Shown: positions 1 through 14,466 of the stretch, piece by piece
Layout of the letters: every line of letters starts with the position of its first letter
Position numbering within the stretch: position 1 is the first letter of the stretch
NCBI GenBank assembly: GCA_051362555.1
Contig: CM120640.1
Span: 56,026,788-56,090,787 of the forward strand
Source of the DNA: Lingula anatina
Taxonomy: Eukaryota; Animalia; Brachiopoda
Reading direction: 5' to 3'
Length of the DNA: 64,000 nucleotides
Notes under the pieces: model-generated
What the model was told of the DNA's origin: nothing
The model's database searches: none
The model's input: the letters and a program-made list of their open reading frames with translations, nothing else
Program-made: the position numbers and the translations under genes

Positions 1-703
1 TCTCGCATCTCTGGAGTTCAGTAAGTGGCGAAAGAGACACAGCCATGCCATTTTCGGCTCTCAAAGCTCTGTAGTAAAAGACGAACTCGGCATAGGCCTT
101 GTCGTTTTTGCATGTAAAGGGGCGTCTAAAAGACGCACGCGTAGGCTCCTATGGGCCATGGTAGCAGCCAACTATTCTCACCTCCAACCTATTATGCAGC
201 ACATACCTTGAGTAGACAAAAGTGCTCCCATTTATTTATTTATTTATTAGTTAATAGAGACCCCCCAGAAGCAAACAAAGCAGCTCACTGGGCCATGAGG
301 TAGTCCCTTTGCACCAAGACTGGCCTAGGTGTGTAAGAATGGGACAGACCTGTCTGGACAAGTTGCATAAACCTGACGAGGTTTTTGTTCATAAGATGCA
401 TATCCTGAGGTCGGAAGAGGAACTATACTTCAAACTCCAAGAAGACTACATATTTACCTTAAAGAAATAAAAAAACAATATTTGAAACCGGGTGAAAGCT
501 GATGGTCCTTACTGTTGTTTGGAGTGTATAATCCTAAGAAACCAGATAAAATTAGAGGAATGTTTGACTCATCTTTACAGCATGAAAGCCTTTTACTCAA
601 CAACGTGATCCTTAAAGGTCCAGATATGACCAACAGTCTCCTGAGTATTTGTGATATCTCAGAACCCAATGTTATGAGTCAGATATGTCATTTCCAGTGG
701 TAG
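1..703 (+). mobile_element. Degenerate BEL/Pao LTR retrotransposon pol fragment (RT N-terminal region)
   Basis: ORF 515-703 FGVYNPKKPDKIRGMFDSSLQHESLLLNNVILKGPDMTNSLLSI matches the BEL/Pao signature (GVxxPxKPxKxRxVFDxSA...SLNDxLLxGPDLxNxL). Surrounding frames are broken by stops; left boundary is uncertain. Confidence 0.8.
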
Positions 704-1710
704 ATAGAAACCTTGTGGTAGAGTGGAATTAAAGTTGGCAAAACAAAAGCATGTTGTCTGCTGCCTCTGTATATGAAACATACCCAACAGCATTTAAGTG
801 AATTAAACACCCTACAGCAAAAAATAACTGGTCAATTCAGAACAACTTTAAGACCCAAACTTGAGGCGGAGATAAATTATTAGATGACATTATTGAAAAA
901 GTAGACCAGACAGCAAAGCTTGCAAATATACAGGCACCAAAAAGGAACATCAACAAAATACACGCAAAAATTAATTATTACAGTATAAGTAATTCAATCA
1001 TGCTGTTTCCAAAAGAAAGCTGTCTCTTTATCAAACAAAACCACTCAGTAAAATTGTAGTTAAACAAAAATATAGTTTGGTAGTTACATGTCAAGCTGAA
1101 TGTTGCCAAATTGTGCAAAAAATAAATAAATAAATAAAATAAAATAATAAAATAAAATAAATACACTTGTACGACCTTGTCATACTGTAGTTCTTACAGT
1201 CATTCCCATGCAAATTAGTATAAAATGAAGCACTAAATTATGTTAATCATTTCATATCAACATATGGTATGACACTCATGCAGAAGATTGCAGGAATTAT
1301 AACATAACTGCTTTTACAGGGCAAAAGATTCCCAATATTATATATTTTCAGTGAAACCAGCTTCAAAACTGGCTGTAAATTGTACAGACTAGATACTATT
1401 AAAGCCAATTTTAACCCCAAAATCACTATTATGACACGTGTAAATGATAAATGTATGTAAGGCAGTACATAAGGAGTTTTTGGCAAAGGCTAACAATAAC
1501 CTTAAGACAGCAGGATGGTCAAACAGTAGCACAATCACCAAGTTTAATAAAAGAAGCATAGATGACCCTTGTGACTTTGCTTCTTCTATTCTACATGACA
1601 TTCCATGAAATTATTCCCCTAACAATAAAATTATTTCAAAATGGTTAAATCTGCAATCATGACCTTCTGTATTTTCCACTTTCTCCAGGAAAAAAAAAAA
1701 CAGCTGTAAT

Positions 1711-4515
1711 CTATTTTCCTCTGTGTCTCTTTTTATTTTTTCCTTTCTTATCCGTTTTCATTTTCTTCATATCTTTTTTCATTCTTGGGTCCACAACTTT
1801 AAAACGCCCTTTGACACCTGCAGGTCTACCAACCCGCTTTCCAGCCCCTTTTTTAGCCACAACATATGCCACTTCTGGCTTCTTCTTTCCCAAGATACCT
1901 GCCTTCTTGTAAATTCTGAAATGTGACAGACACATTTTGAAATCAGAAAAGAATAAAAAAAAGAAAGAGAAATGTCTGCTGTCCTTGTTAGTAACACAGT
2001 CACATCCAATATTAATATCCTTAACTTAAAAAAAGTACATTAAAACAAAATAACTTCTCTTACATATTTTTGATTTACCATTTATTTTACAGGGGTTTCA
2101 AACATATTATGCAACTTACTGTTTTATTTGTTGCCACTTCTCTCTATCAGTGACATCAACTGCCTCAGAAATGACATCTGCTTTCTTTCTAGCATTTTCC
2201 AATTTTTTCATAGCCTAAGAAAATTTAAAAATAAATATGTGTATGCATATAAACTAGATAGTGTATCATTTATAATAACATTGTGACTTTTAATTCCAGG
2301 ATATGGCACTTTTAGCACACCTATAACTTAGAATAACACGTTTCAAAGCATTAAAATAAATACACATCAATTTTTACAAATCAATTCTAATTATTTCTAA
2401 ATGCGTTTATCAATATAGCAGGGCAATGAAAGATTGTGATATTGATACAATACCTTTTTCTTTTTCCTAGCCTTGGCTTCTGCCAATTTCTTAATTGGTC
2501 TCACATTAATGGCTTTAAGTCTCTCCCTGTATTCCTGGACATCTTGCTGTTTGAAATAATACACTTTCAATGTTAATTAAAACTATAAGAAAACATAGTA
2601 AAAATCATTTTATTTATTAGTTTTAATATTTACATGTCAATTATGATATTAAGAGTCAGACCAGTTTTCATTTTTTTACTCACACTGATCAGCACTTCAA
2701 GAATCAAGCTTTTTCTTAAAAAAGAAACTTTTTGTCATTTAGAAATATACCTTTGTCACTGGTAGTTGTTTTCTAATGTGCTTGGCTTCATCCTTTACAA
2801 ACCAATCTGGCAGGTTTTCATCATTAAATGTGTACCTGAAAACAATTTCAATATTTCAATAACAATTCTAAAGTATATAAAATAGGCCAGTGTCCTATGA
2901 ATGCTCTTTGTGGGTGTGTGTGAAGGTTATTCATAACAAGCATAATTATCCAACATATTAAGGAGGGAGGCAAAGGAATTCGAATCACCACTGTCAGCAC
3001 TTAATGTCTGTCACTTTGGAGAGTAAACTCAGATCAGAGAAGCGATAACACCGCTGGGTATTGTACCACCAACTGAAATAAGCCCATTCGCATGGAAAAC
3101 AAAAACAAAAAAAAGGGGGGGAGGGCACCACCTCCCGCATTGTGCTTGACAAGCTCTATAAAATGCAGTTAACAAGAGTTCTCTTTTTTTTTTGTAGAAA
3201 ATTACAATTTATAACAAAAGGGTGCATTGCAATGAGTGCCACACCCAGACCAATGCACCAACAAAGCCCAAAACTTACATGGATCAAGTTGCGATTATAT
3301 GTGACCTACACCCAAGAGATGGGTATACAGTCTTATGGTCTAAGAGGTGACGCTGTAATCGTGACGATGCGACTGAGCCAGCATAGCCAGTGGACAAGAC
3401 AGGTTAGGACTAAAATGGTGGTGGTAAATTATGGTACATGTATTACCATGCATTGTGTAAATTGCACTTAACTGATTTTGTGCATGTTGAAAATCATAAG
3501 GAAATATTTTGGTGGGCAAATTATCTCATATTTTAAATGGCTCAAACAACTTTATTCTTTAAATGGCAGTGTTATTGTTTGCTTATAGAGATGCAACTGT
3601 TTTTGGATTAGCTATGAAGGAGGAAGTTGCATTACACATCTCACAATCACCTGATTGTAGAGGATCTTTTAAGACACATCTGAAGATCATGACAGTCTTC
3701 TGGATTACTTTGGGCAACTGGGCCTACTGCATTTTATGACATTTTGTAAAACTTTGCAGCTTCTAAATATACCTGTTATAAGCTTGGTTTATGATTTCTC
3801 TTCTCTTCTTCCCTGATTGTATCATTTTGGCACCAATAGCCAATCCTACAGGATCTAGTCTTGGAATTTTATGTGCTGAAAACATTTAAACAGAGAACAC
3901 TTAAGACATTATGGCTATGACATTATAATGATATCACTAATATGTCACACTTTCATGTTAAGTTACAAGCACGAACTAGAAACAAAAATCAACTGTACCC
4001 ACCATATAACAAGGGGGGAAAAAGACAAAAAATAAGTATTAAAATGAAAGTTTGTTCTTTGACGATGTATTAAATAGTTCGTACTTCGATCAACAATAAT
4101 AAGAAATAGCTTTTTATTCTTCATAGTGTGAACTATACAATTTCAAATGTAAACCACAAATAACTAACCAGGTTCTACAACTGGAACGACTTCAAAGTCA
4201 TCTTGTCCATGAGAAGCCTTTCCAATCATCTTTTCTCCTGATTTTTTGTTTACCAGAACGGATTTATTTACATCATAATCACTTGCATCAGAATCTGCAT
4301 CAGAATCTGAACTTTCATCAGTTTCTTCATCACCACTCCTGTTTTCTCTTACTGCATTATCAGAGTCACTGTCATGGCCAGAATCTGAATCCTGTTGTTT
4401 GGTTTCAAACTCCATATCACTGTCTTCTAAATCCTCATGTGATTTTTCCTTTAGTTTTCTTTTTTGTTTTCCCCTTCCTACAATATTCAAAGCAAACCAT
4501 TAAGAATGTACACCT

Positions 4516-4575
<60 letters not shown>

Positions 4576-7500
4576 CAACTCAAATGACACACATACTGTC
4601 ACTTTTCATAACTGATCAAATATTTCTGATTCACAATAGTATCTAAGACAGTGAGGATCAAAAAGTGTTTTATTATACAAGTAATGTATCCAGAAAAAAG
4701 ATAGGAGAACCCGGAATTTCCAAAAAAAAAAAATTCTGCCCCCTCAGACATGGGGAAACTGCCTGGCCTTGAAATTCTAGAGGAGCTGCAAGATTCATGT
4801 GAAAATGCAATACATGATAATAAATTTCTGATAGTATACCAAATAGTATACCAAATTCTACATGATAATAAATTTCTGATAGTATACCAAATAGTATACC
4901 AAATTCAAGTATAGGCCCCTGTGGGAACACACCAAATCAGCATGTCCGCATTTTTATAAATCCCCCGGCCCTACCGGCCCCTTAAATGGTGGCAGAAGAG
5001 GATAATTGTGGTGATGGGTGTAATCTGTAAGTCGCATGGGCATCTGGAGTAATTCTTAAGCCATGCTTGACTTGCTTGTAACATAGACAGAAACTCAACA
5101 ACTGAATGTGAAATCCCCCCTAATGACAAATACAAAGGTTACGTCTGGCGAGGAAAGCATTTCTGTTGACCATTTTAGTTCCCTCGGGGTCCAGTACAAT
5201 AATTTTGTTCCAGACTAATTAATCACATGTAAACATAGTCTAGCGAAAATAAAATACTTAGTTTGGACCAGCACAGAATTTGGAGGACAAACAGATTTCT
5301 TTCATTACAAGTCCACCGTACCTTCAGCATCTCCAAAGTTTTTCCCAAAAAACTAAAGAGCGAGTGTTTCTCACAATCACAACTGTAAAATACCCAAAAC
5401 TACAAAATGTAAATGTTCTTCAATAGCTGGGGAAGCAAGGCATTTAAATAATGGGCATCATCCCCTCCCTGTATTCTTAAAATCCTGGGGAGGCTAGTTT
5501 CACTTGACTTTGTATTCCTAAAGTTTACCTAAAATGACTCCTCCTTTTTTAGTATACTCTTCAGTCATTCTTGCTATTTCTAAATCTTCATCTTGGTTGT
5601 CATCAATGCCACTGAAAATGGCCTATGAAAAAGGTTGCAGTATCAACTTAAATGTCATTTAAAATAGAAGTGCAGTCTATCACTCATTCCAAGTAAAAAA
5701 ATGCTGTAGAAATTGCACTTAAAAAATGGAACATAACTGCTACAAACCAAACAAACAGTGGATTTTCAAACAAAAACTTGAATCTGTATCTTGAAAACAA
5801 TCAACAATTAAATGCATGTTATTTTCTTTAAAAATGCAGATTCCACACATTCTATTTACCTTTTTAAACCAATTATCTGTTCTCCTGTTTGTTTTACTAC
5901 CTCTGTCTTCAAGGTCCACCACCAAAGGGTTTTGACTTTTCTCATCTAATGCACTGAGCACATAAATAAAGGCAACAAAATGTATCAAAAAGTATTTTCA
6001 CACAAAATACACACAAATTGTTACTTCCCCTTTGACATGCACTTTTCATAATTTGTTTTACTTGTGTTCAAAATGCATTCATCTTTTCACACAGGTGCAA
6101 TCCAAACTTGTTTAGAATCACACAGGGATCAATTGGGTATAAGACCTTACCTATTTGGTTCATCATCATCTTCATCACTATCAGATTCTTCTTCTTGTTC
6201 AGCTTTACCTTCTGTGTCGTCATAATAATCCTTTGAATCATCACGGTCATATGATACAGTCTGTCGATAATTCTTAGGTAATACAATATCAGAGCCATCA
6301 TAAGAATCTTCTTCTTCAACAATGTCCCCTTTCTCCAGCTCTGATAATTGCTGCAAATAAATAGTGATACTTTAAGTAAGTCATCAATAGAGATAATCTT
6401 GTATAATTTCCAATAAAATTCACTCTTGACGTGATCACCCATTTAGGTTGTTTAAAAAGAAAATGTTTCCATTGTTTATTGTTGTTGTTAAATTCCTTGG
6501 AGATGGAACAACAGCAGTGGAATTTAATACAAAAATCAAATATAGATTTACATTTAATTATTCTTGACAGTTGTGATGTACTAAAATTGTCAAAACTTAC
6601 CTAACAATCCTATTGTTACCTTATGACTATTTTACTAATTCATCAACCAATCAAAAAAACATGATATCCTTAATTTCACTATCTGATGAAGATTTTGAAA
6701 CAATTAAAATGTGTTTTAACCCTCACTGCTATGGATTTTCAATTTTAAAAAAAAATGACAAAAATTTTTTTAAAAAGTCTATTCCACAGGAAAGTCAGGG
6801 TGCCCACCTCCTTTGATTTTATCTTGTTTAATTTAAAAAGCTCCAAATCATCTGACATATCTATTTTGTCACCAGGGATGATCATTTTAAGATCCATCTT
6901 GTGTCTCAGTTTGGATTTTTCTTTTCGGACTTTCTTCTCTTTCCTAAAATAAACAAACCTGTGATAAACACAAAGAAAATATTTAAGGAACATCCACTTC
7001 GAGACTAAGGCAAGCTTAAAATGATTACCTTCTCACAGCCATCACTGAAAACAACAGGAGGCTCAAATGATTTGTTTTTCTCTGAAAAAAGTGTCACAGT
7101 TTGTTTTTATAGGTTAAAAAAACAAACTACTGTGTAATAGATTTAATTTATTTCACCTGTAGATAGAGAATGAAGTATATGTACAACCGCTCTGGTCAGG
7201 TACAAAAGAGAGAGTGAAAAAGGGCGCGGCAAACGACTAGGATCACGTGAAGACCATTCTCATCACATGGAAGAACCAACCAATCAACGCCCACCAAAGA
7301 CAAAGAAAGAAAGAAAAAATAGATAAATGGATATGGTGAAAATACATGAAATGGGACTTCATACACCGTCACAAAAGAATTAGACAACTCTTTGTTACCA
7401 TACCTTTTGGGGATATAAGAGAGCATGTGTTCCACAGACTCATCCATTTTTCCAATAAAATTCAAAAAATTTTCAATATTTTCACTGAATACAAATCCTA

Positions 7501-8978
7501 TTTTACTCCACTTATTGCCATTCCTTTTTACATCTATATTTGATTACTTGATAATTTTTTTTATATACGAAGCTTTTATCTTTATGGAGATGGTAAAAAT
7601 ACAAATCATACATCTTTTTTCTTGGCAGTCAGGAAAAAATATAGGTTAAAGCAGTAATTCACCAGAATCTTGAAATGAACCTTGAACTATCTGAATCCAT
7701 AGTCTACAAGGCTCTAATACCACAAAAACTAGGTTCAGATACAGACCATGTGGACAAAGACACAAGAATATGACTATATAAGCTGGTGGTACTAATTAAT
7801 ACTTAAAATTTTGTTTATTCTAGGGTCCAATTCATTTATTTTCTTTGTAATGCATGCTATTTTTGGAAACTATGGTACAGATTAGAGCACACACACCTCA
7901 ATCAAGGAGCAAATCAAATTTGAGGATGATGAAATCAATAGGTGGCACATGGTGAGGCATTGGAAACCAAAACTTACTTATAGCCTTATTAATTTACTAA
8001 AATAAACCAAACAATTGTGATGGGGTTTGAGGTCTGATCTCATTTATTTTTTGTTACCATATCCACTTTTCATATTGCACCAATATTCCTATCTCTTTCT
8101 TTCTTTCACGTGACTTTATCTTTGGCAGGCACTTATCATCTCCTCTGATTGGTTACTACTGTTACATGGTCAGACTGTTTTCTTTCACCTGATCAGAGCT
8201 GTTTGTCGCACCCTTTGCTCATTCAGTAATTGGTGACTGACCAAAATGGTCATGCAGATCTCTTCATTTTTATTTCCTTTCTACAGGTGAGCTATTTATT
8301 CAAGTACAATTGCCTTGATACATAGTTATTTATTAAGTTTTATTAAACGGTGTATTTATTTTATTAGTTATTTTATTAATATTAAGTGCTTTATTCGCTG
8401 TAACATAGACTCATTCTGTAATTGGTGACTGACCAAAATGGTTGTGCAAATCTCTTCATTTTTATATCTTTTCTACAGGTGAAATAAAATACATCTATTA
8501 CACAGTTTCACATTGAGTGTTTTTATCAATAGAAGCAATCTGTGACACAAATACTGAGTGAAATTACATGCTACCTTTTCTGTTCCTTTTTCTGCTCATC
8601 TTGGAGTTCAGAGAGCTGTTGCTCTACTTTAACATCATCATCATCATCTTCATCTTCCTCAATTGTTTCCACAGCACTGAAAGAGGTATTTTAATCCACT
8701 TAATTAAAAAAGATCTAAATATATATTAAACATACTATAAGGAATACTTGGCATAAAAAAGACATGAACCTGATTATTTTCAAAAACATCTTTTGGTTTT
8801 ATCAATGTTAAAAAAAATTATCAAAACTAATAAAAAAGGATGACAAATTGAATGTGTTCTTTCAAAACTTACCCAGTTACTTTATTTTCTTCTGGATGAA
8901 ATTCTTTTCTTAATTTGTTTCTCCAAGTGATTAAAGATCTGATATTAAAATGGGAAAAATGAATTTTCACATTACAGA

Positions 8979-9064
<86 letters not shown>

Positions 9065-9170
9065 GCAAGACTGAAATCCAACCAGATTTTAAACTGCCTA
9101 GGCAAATGTTGAAATTGAAATCTTACCTATAGATATAGCTTTCTTTCATTATTTCATGGAAGCAGGTCTA

Positions 9171-9207
<37 letters not shown>

Positions 9208-12200
9208 TGGCATCTACCAGCTTGAAATGTTGGGTTTTCCACCTAGTTTTCTTCAATTCACAATGTCAATACAAATTTTCATTCCACACTCTTGTTTTAT
9301 GAAGAGGGGACCTGCCATTTATGGGTTGTGGCATAGGCAACAGGACAATGATCATCAACCAGAAAATCCCCACCCTCATCTCACATTCATATAGTAAGTC
9401 TTAATTAGGCTCTGGATCTCATACAAATAATGAACACCTACAATCTTGCATAAAGTCACAAACCTGATCTCCTTTTTCCCTAAAACCTTAATATCCTGGC
9501 AACATTCCTTGATTTCAGTGGTGGTTAAAGGATGAGAAGCAATTTTCCTATCATCTAATTGTATCTAGAAGAATAATTTGTGCATCATTCATATCATATC
9601 TAGAGACCAAAAGATAAAAGTAAAACAAGTCTTTTAAAGTACAAATTGAAACCTACATTTATTTATAATAAAAGTATATTATTGTTTGATGTTAATATCA
9701 AAAACCTAATATCTGTTTTAGAAAGAAAACCATATGAATACTTACCTTATTACATTCTGCTAGTAACTGCAAGTGGTTTTCACTGTTTATGTATTCAGAA
9801 GCATTAAGAACATGGTATAGTGTGTAGTCTCCATCTGCATAACCCTCCCTTTGTCTGAAACATCAAATAATTAATGACCTTACTACGTGGACACAGTAGA
9901 TAATTTAACAATTATACATTTTAAAATTAATATGTGAACATGATAAAAGACAATCCTTAATCTTACCTTCTGTGCTTCTCTGGGTGCAGCAAATCCAATG
10001 CTAATTTCTTGGTTACGTCCACATCTTTGAAAATATGCTTTGGATCCAGAAATTTAGGATCCATTTTGTCTGGAGAAATAAAGCCTTGACAGACCACAAA
10101 GATCTCAGCAGATTCATTTCTGGATGCTTGAGGCTTTGTGGCATGAACTTTCTTGAACAACTGCTGAAGCACCCACATAAGTGGCTGATAGTCCTTGGAG
10201 CGAAAAACTTTGGTTACAAACCATCCTCCCTTCTTCAGCATTTCTGTGGCCAACTTTAGTGCATGTAGGGTGAGCTCAGCTGGTAGGAAAAATAAGGTTC
10301 AAACTTCCCTTAACTGCTTGGTGTATGTAGCAAAATGTTATGCAAAATATCTGAAATTATTCTTTATTAATTCAAAGAAAAATATTTTCCAATTTATGAA
10401 AAAAAGTTTCACAAAACCATGACACGCCAAATGTTGAGTACTAATAATAATTCTCAACTTTAAAAAATAGTTAATAAAAGAAAGCAATTTTGACAAATAT
10501 AAAATATACATTTGAAAAAACTTGGCATCAATCTTAACTACACATACTGATCCTACCTTGTGTGTAAGCATCATGAATCCAATTCTTGCCAACATTAGGC
10601 GCGCCATCATTCAGCACACAGTCAGCTTTCCAAGTCTTCAACTCTTGTCTTAATGCCTACAAAATACAAAAAATTGGACATTTTGATCGAAATAACAACC
10701 CCACACAAAAGGCACTAGCTGGCACTTAAATTTATATTTGCACTGACTTTGACTTGTACAGGCAAAGATAACCAGCAAATTTATTTTTAAAATTTTCACC
10801 AATAACATACCTGTCTACATTTCTCTGTGGTGATATCCTCAGTGAGAGTAGTGACATTGTGAATTGGTTTGATTGGGACCAAATCCACACCTGCAGTGTG
10901 AAAAATAAATAAAACTTGCAAACAGAAAATACACACAAATAAAATTAAAGTGAAATACATATGATAAATTTAAATATTTCATGTAACATCCATGGTGTCA
11001 AATGTGTATTGTAACAAGTTACCTAAAAGGAATATTTGATCTACCATATCATACACAGCTGTCACCTTGATCAGCTGATAAATCAAACTAGACAGCAAAG
11101 CTCACAAATATACAGACACCAAGCAGGGAAAAAACACTGCAAAAATATTCACAAAAGGACGAACCCCACCCCACCCCCCAAAACCCCTGGCTACAATCCT
11201 GCGAGTCCACATCTTTGCAGTAGCTATAGGTCCTTCTATTTAACTAGCCAGTCATTAAAACTGAAGTTTTAAATTAAAAATGGAATAAAACATCAGTGAA
11301 GGGATGGTTCAAGCAATAATTCTTGAGTAAGAAAACATCGCTCTTTATCCCAGGAAAATTCATTTTGGCAGGGAAATCCCATGAGTGGGCCTTGAAGCTA
11401 TTGATATTTTGCCATAATGAACTGGCATACAAATACATAATGTTGTTGAATCAATTCTTTAAGACATGATAGTAGTTACTGAATTAAAACTAGATAGGCC
11501 TTACCAACAATTACACTAGACACAGGCATATGCTGTGCTGCAACTTGTAGCCATCCTCCAGGAGCTGCACAGAGATCTATAAGAACTCTAGAATTCTGCA
11601 AAAACTCAAACTTGCGATTCAGCTGAAGCAACTTAAAAGATGCCCTGGATCTGTAGCCTGAATGGTAAAACAATATATTGATTAAACTAGGTTTCACTCA
11701 AAAAGTGAGTAAAATCATTAAAACCAAGTGATCATTTGAGAGTCTGACAGGAAACAATTATCCTGATTTATATTTTGTGCGTTCAGGGTATAATAAAGAC
11801 ACCTATGATATTACAGGATACATATGAGGCAAGGTTACTTTATTGCTGCTGTGTAATAAGAGCACTGTGAGCCAGTACACAAATTACTTTGTTTCAGCTA
11901 AGTATGTAGATTAAAATTCCGAACCCCTTCAATATTCCCATTTCGAGTCAGATCTTGATGAAACTTATTAAGTATGTTGTTAGAAGTCATGACCCATTAT
12001 CAGTTTCTCAGGCACTTTGGCATGATTACATCAAATGTTTTAAAAAATCTTTTTTTTTAATAATTGCCGATGATACAGACATAAAAATATGTTCCTTCGG
12101 ATGAAATTTGGTAAGTAGGAAGAAGCACACAATTTGATGTGATTACCCAAAAAATGCAGATTTTTTAAAATACTGTCAATAGGATTTCCCATTGTAAATT

Positions 12201-12841
12201 TTAAAACTTTGAATTTTTTTTAAATATAAAATGATGAAACTGTTAAAGGATTGTTCTAAATAATTAAAAGAAAAAAAGCATATTTTGACGAAATTAAGAT
12301 CTTGTTCAAGATCTTGCTATTATAACAAATGCAATAAGGGAAAATGTCTAGTCTTATTGAAATTTTAATTCAGACCTGCCTTGTCAGATTCAGACAACAG
12401 AGGGGCCTTTTGGCCTAATTCTCGGAATAACATGTACAGCAGATTTACAAACAAACAAAGGGAAGATGTAGCCAAGGAAATTAAATGTAGGTTTGAGTGT
12501 GATCTGATTTCTGCTTCTATTTTATTTGGATTTCTATTTAATTGGGTTAATTTAATGAAATTCGCAAAAAGTAGTTTTCGGACTTTGATCGGGTATTTAG
12601 CGCTATGGTAGATTGGTTTGGTATTCTGAAGTAATTTTCTTTGGTTTTTAGGTTTATTCAGCAGGTTCTTTAACCAAATGACAGTCGAGCGTGATTATTC
12701 TAAAGTTTAAGGATGGTAACTTAAGTTTAGGTAACGAGATGTTTTGTTTACAAAAGTCGACTATGATCTATTACCTGTTTCTTTGGCGAGCTGATAAAAC
12801 TTGTCCTTCCTAGCCTTTCCAACCTTCGTCTTTTTGCCCAT
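1711..12841 (-). CDS. FTSJ3: pre-rRNA 2'-O-ribose methyltransferase FTSJ3/Spb1 (multi-exon)
   Basis: Start [23 protein letters not shown] at 12841. Exons encode [61 protein letters not shown] and an acidic middle region. C-terminus [16 protein letters not shown]...RHRGK with stop at 1711; introns are GT-AG. Confidence 0.97.
4518..4573. repeat. (TA)n microsatellite; similar tracts at ~8982-9061, ~40586-40636, ~49917-49978
   Basis: Directly visible dinucleotide runs. Confidence 0.95.
4811..4906. repeat. Two-copy ~48 bp tandem duplication in an FTSJ3 intron
   Basis: tacatgataataaatttctgatagtataccaaatagtataccaaattc occurs twice, back to back. Confidence 0.9.
7147..8488. mobile_element. Diverged inverted-repeat (non-autonomous DNA transposon-like) element with a duplicated right terminus
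   Basis: tttatttcacctgtag...ctctggtcag at the left is the reverse complement of ctgaccaaaatgg...ctacaggtga(aataaa), which occurs twice on the right (~8237-8290 and ~8429-8488). Diverged inverted similarity extends ~200 bp inward. Confidence 0.65.
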
Positions 12842-13247
12842 TATATTTTTTCAGTAATATAATATCACCTGAACACGGAGACCTACTTATACCTGTAAAC
12901 CCATGATACACATGAACATGTGGTGGTCTTAAAGTTGTTAACTACGTCATCAAATCATGTATAGAGGTGTCGCTTTACAAGATAAGCCCGAAATATTTGT
13001 TTAGTAGAGGAAGGAGTTAACGTTATTGAGTTTTATTATGGAAGTATTTGGACTTCATAAGGACAGCCAACGTATCTACTATTCCCTTGTCACGAATTCG
13101 GCATTTTTTATCTCTGCATTGAGAATGTGCAAATGGATTGCCTCAAAATGTGTGACGTTCTACACATCCACATGTGCCCGCCATGTTGCCGGTGGCTTAG
13201 TGGAAATTGAGAAAAGAAGTCTTATTTATACCAGCTAGAAAAATTGG
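12842..13247. promoter_or_regulatory. Bidirectional promoter FTSJ3/EIF3C with EIF3C non-coding exon 1
   Basis: Divergent genes. CRE-like ACGTCATC at 12944-12951, YY1-like CCGCCATGTT at ~13178, splice donor aattg|gtaaga at ~13248. Confidence 0.7.
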
Positions 13248-13550
13248 TAAGACCACTAATACTTCGTATATTTAAAATTCAACTTTATTGTTTTTTTGGC
13301 AGTCAACTTAATGTCAGCTCCCTTTGCAAAAGTTAGTAATGTTTTGGGCAGTTTCAGCCAACGACAAATTCAGCATATGGATCCACATGTGACATGGCGT
13401 GGTTCGCTTGCTAACGTTGAAACTATTTTGATGGCGACTCTGTTATTGAAATAAGTCAGTTGAGATATTTTTGGTGCTCTTGTACCACGCTCATTGTCCA
13501 TTGGTGTGTCTCATAAATCACTGCGGTCAAGGTTTTTCCCAGGATTGGGG

Positions 13551-14004
13551 TACAGGCTGTCCAAAATTGCGGGTGTGACTGAAATGCGCAATACAGCGCA
13601 ACACAGCGCAATACACTTGATAACACAAGTCCAGTTGCAAGTAAACACAGGAAAGGGTAATCTCAAATAAAATAGGGTGATATAAAAGCAAAGTATAGTA
13701 CATAGTAATTATATTGCTGATACAACTTGACAATTTTTTCATTGTTTGGGCAGCCGCCATGTTGGCGAGTAGCTCTTCTTGGCCAGTAATATACCCAAGA
13801 AGAGCCACTCGCCAACATGGCTGCCAACCGAACAATATAAAAGTCTTGTTGATTTGTTAAGTTATATCAACGATATATCACCCTACTTTGCTGGGAATGG
13901 TCATTTCTTTTGTGTAATTGCAACTGGATTTGATTTTTGAAGTGTATTGCACTGTGTTGTGGTGTATTGTGCAATTCAGTCACACTGCAAAATTGCCATC
14001 TGTG
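13551..14004. mobile_element. MITE-like element (TA|CAG left end, possibly Tc1/mariner-derived) with a central hairpin, in EIF3C intron 1
   Basis: tgtgactgaaatgcgcaatacagcgcaacacagcgcaatacactt (~13574-13618) is inverted at ~13939-13983. Central 27-bp-arm hairpin at 13756-13821. Confidence 0.7.
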
Positions 14005-14466
14005 ATTTCCTTCAAAATTTCGACTCTTCCAAGTGCCGTGAGCGAGGAGTTGGGCATGGAGGGGAGGGGGGGGAGGTAAAAAACGAAAAAATATTTCAAA
14101 CAATCTCCTTTGAATGAATGTGAAAATTGCCTTCACGTCTCACTTGGATCGCGAACGATCTCTGTCTGATGATCTTCTACAAATAAGGTCCCTTGAACTA
14201 ATATGAAAAGTGCTTTCTCGTTACGCTTGGACAGTTGACAGGTTATTTATCCCCAGATGGACTGGTTCTGCTACCACTGAACCAGAAGTCATTTTGAGGA
14301 GGGCAAATAGATTTTGTGAAATGGAAAATAGATTATATCACCATTTCTGATCTTCATAGTAATGGTTGAAGAATCTACACTGATATTTATACAGAATATT
14401 AAGATTTCATTGTAGAGAAAAAGAATGTGATTTTTCTTTATTTTTTACAGGACATAATTCTGCAAA

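Noticed and set aside
770-1530. Possible decayed LINE ORF2 fragments
   Set aside because: Only vague resemblance; no recognisable RT or endonuclease motif.
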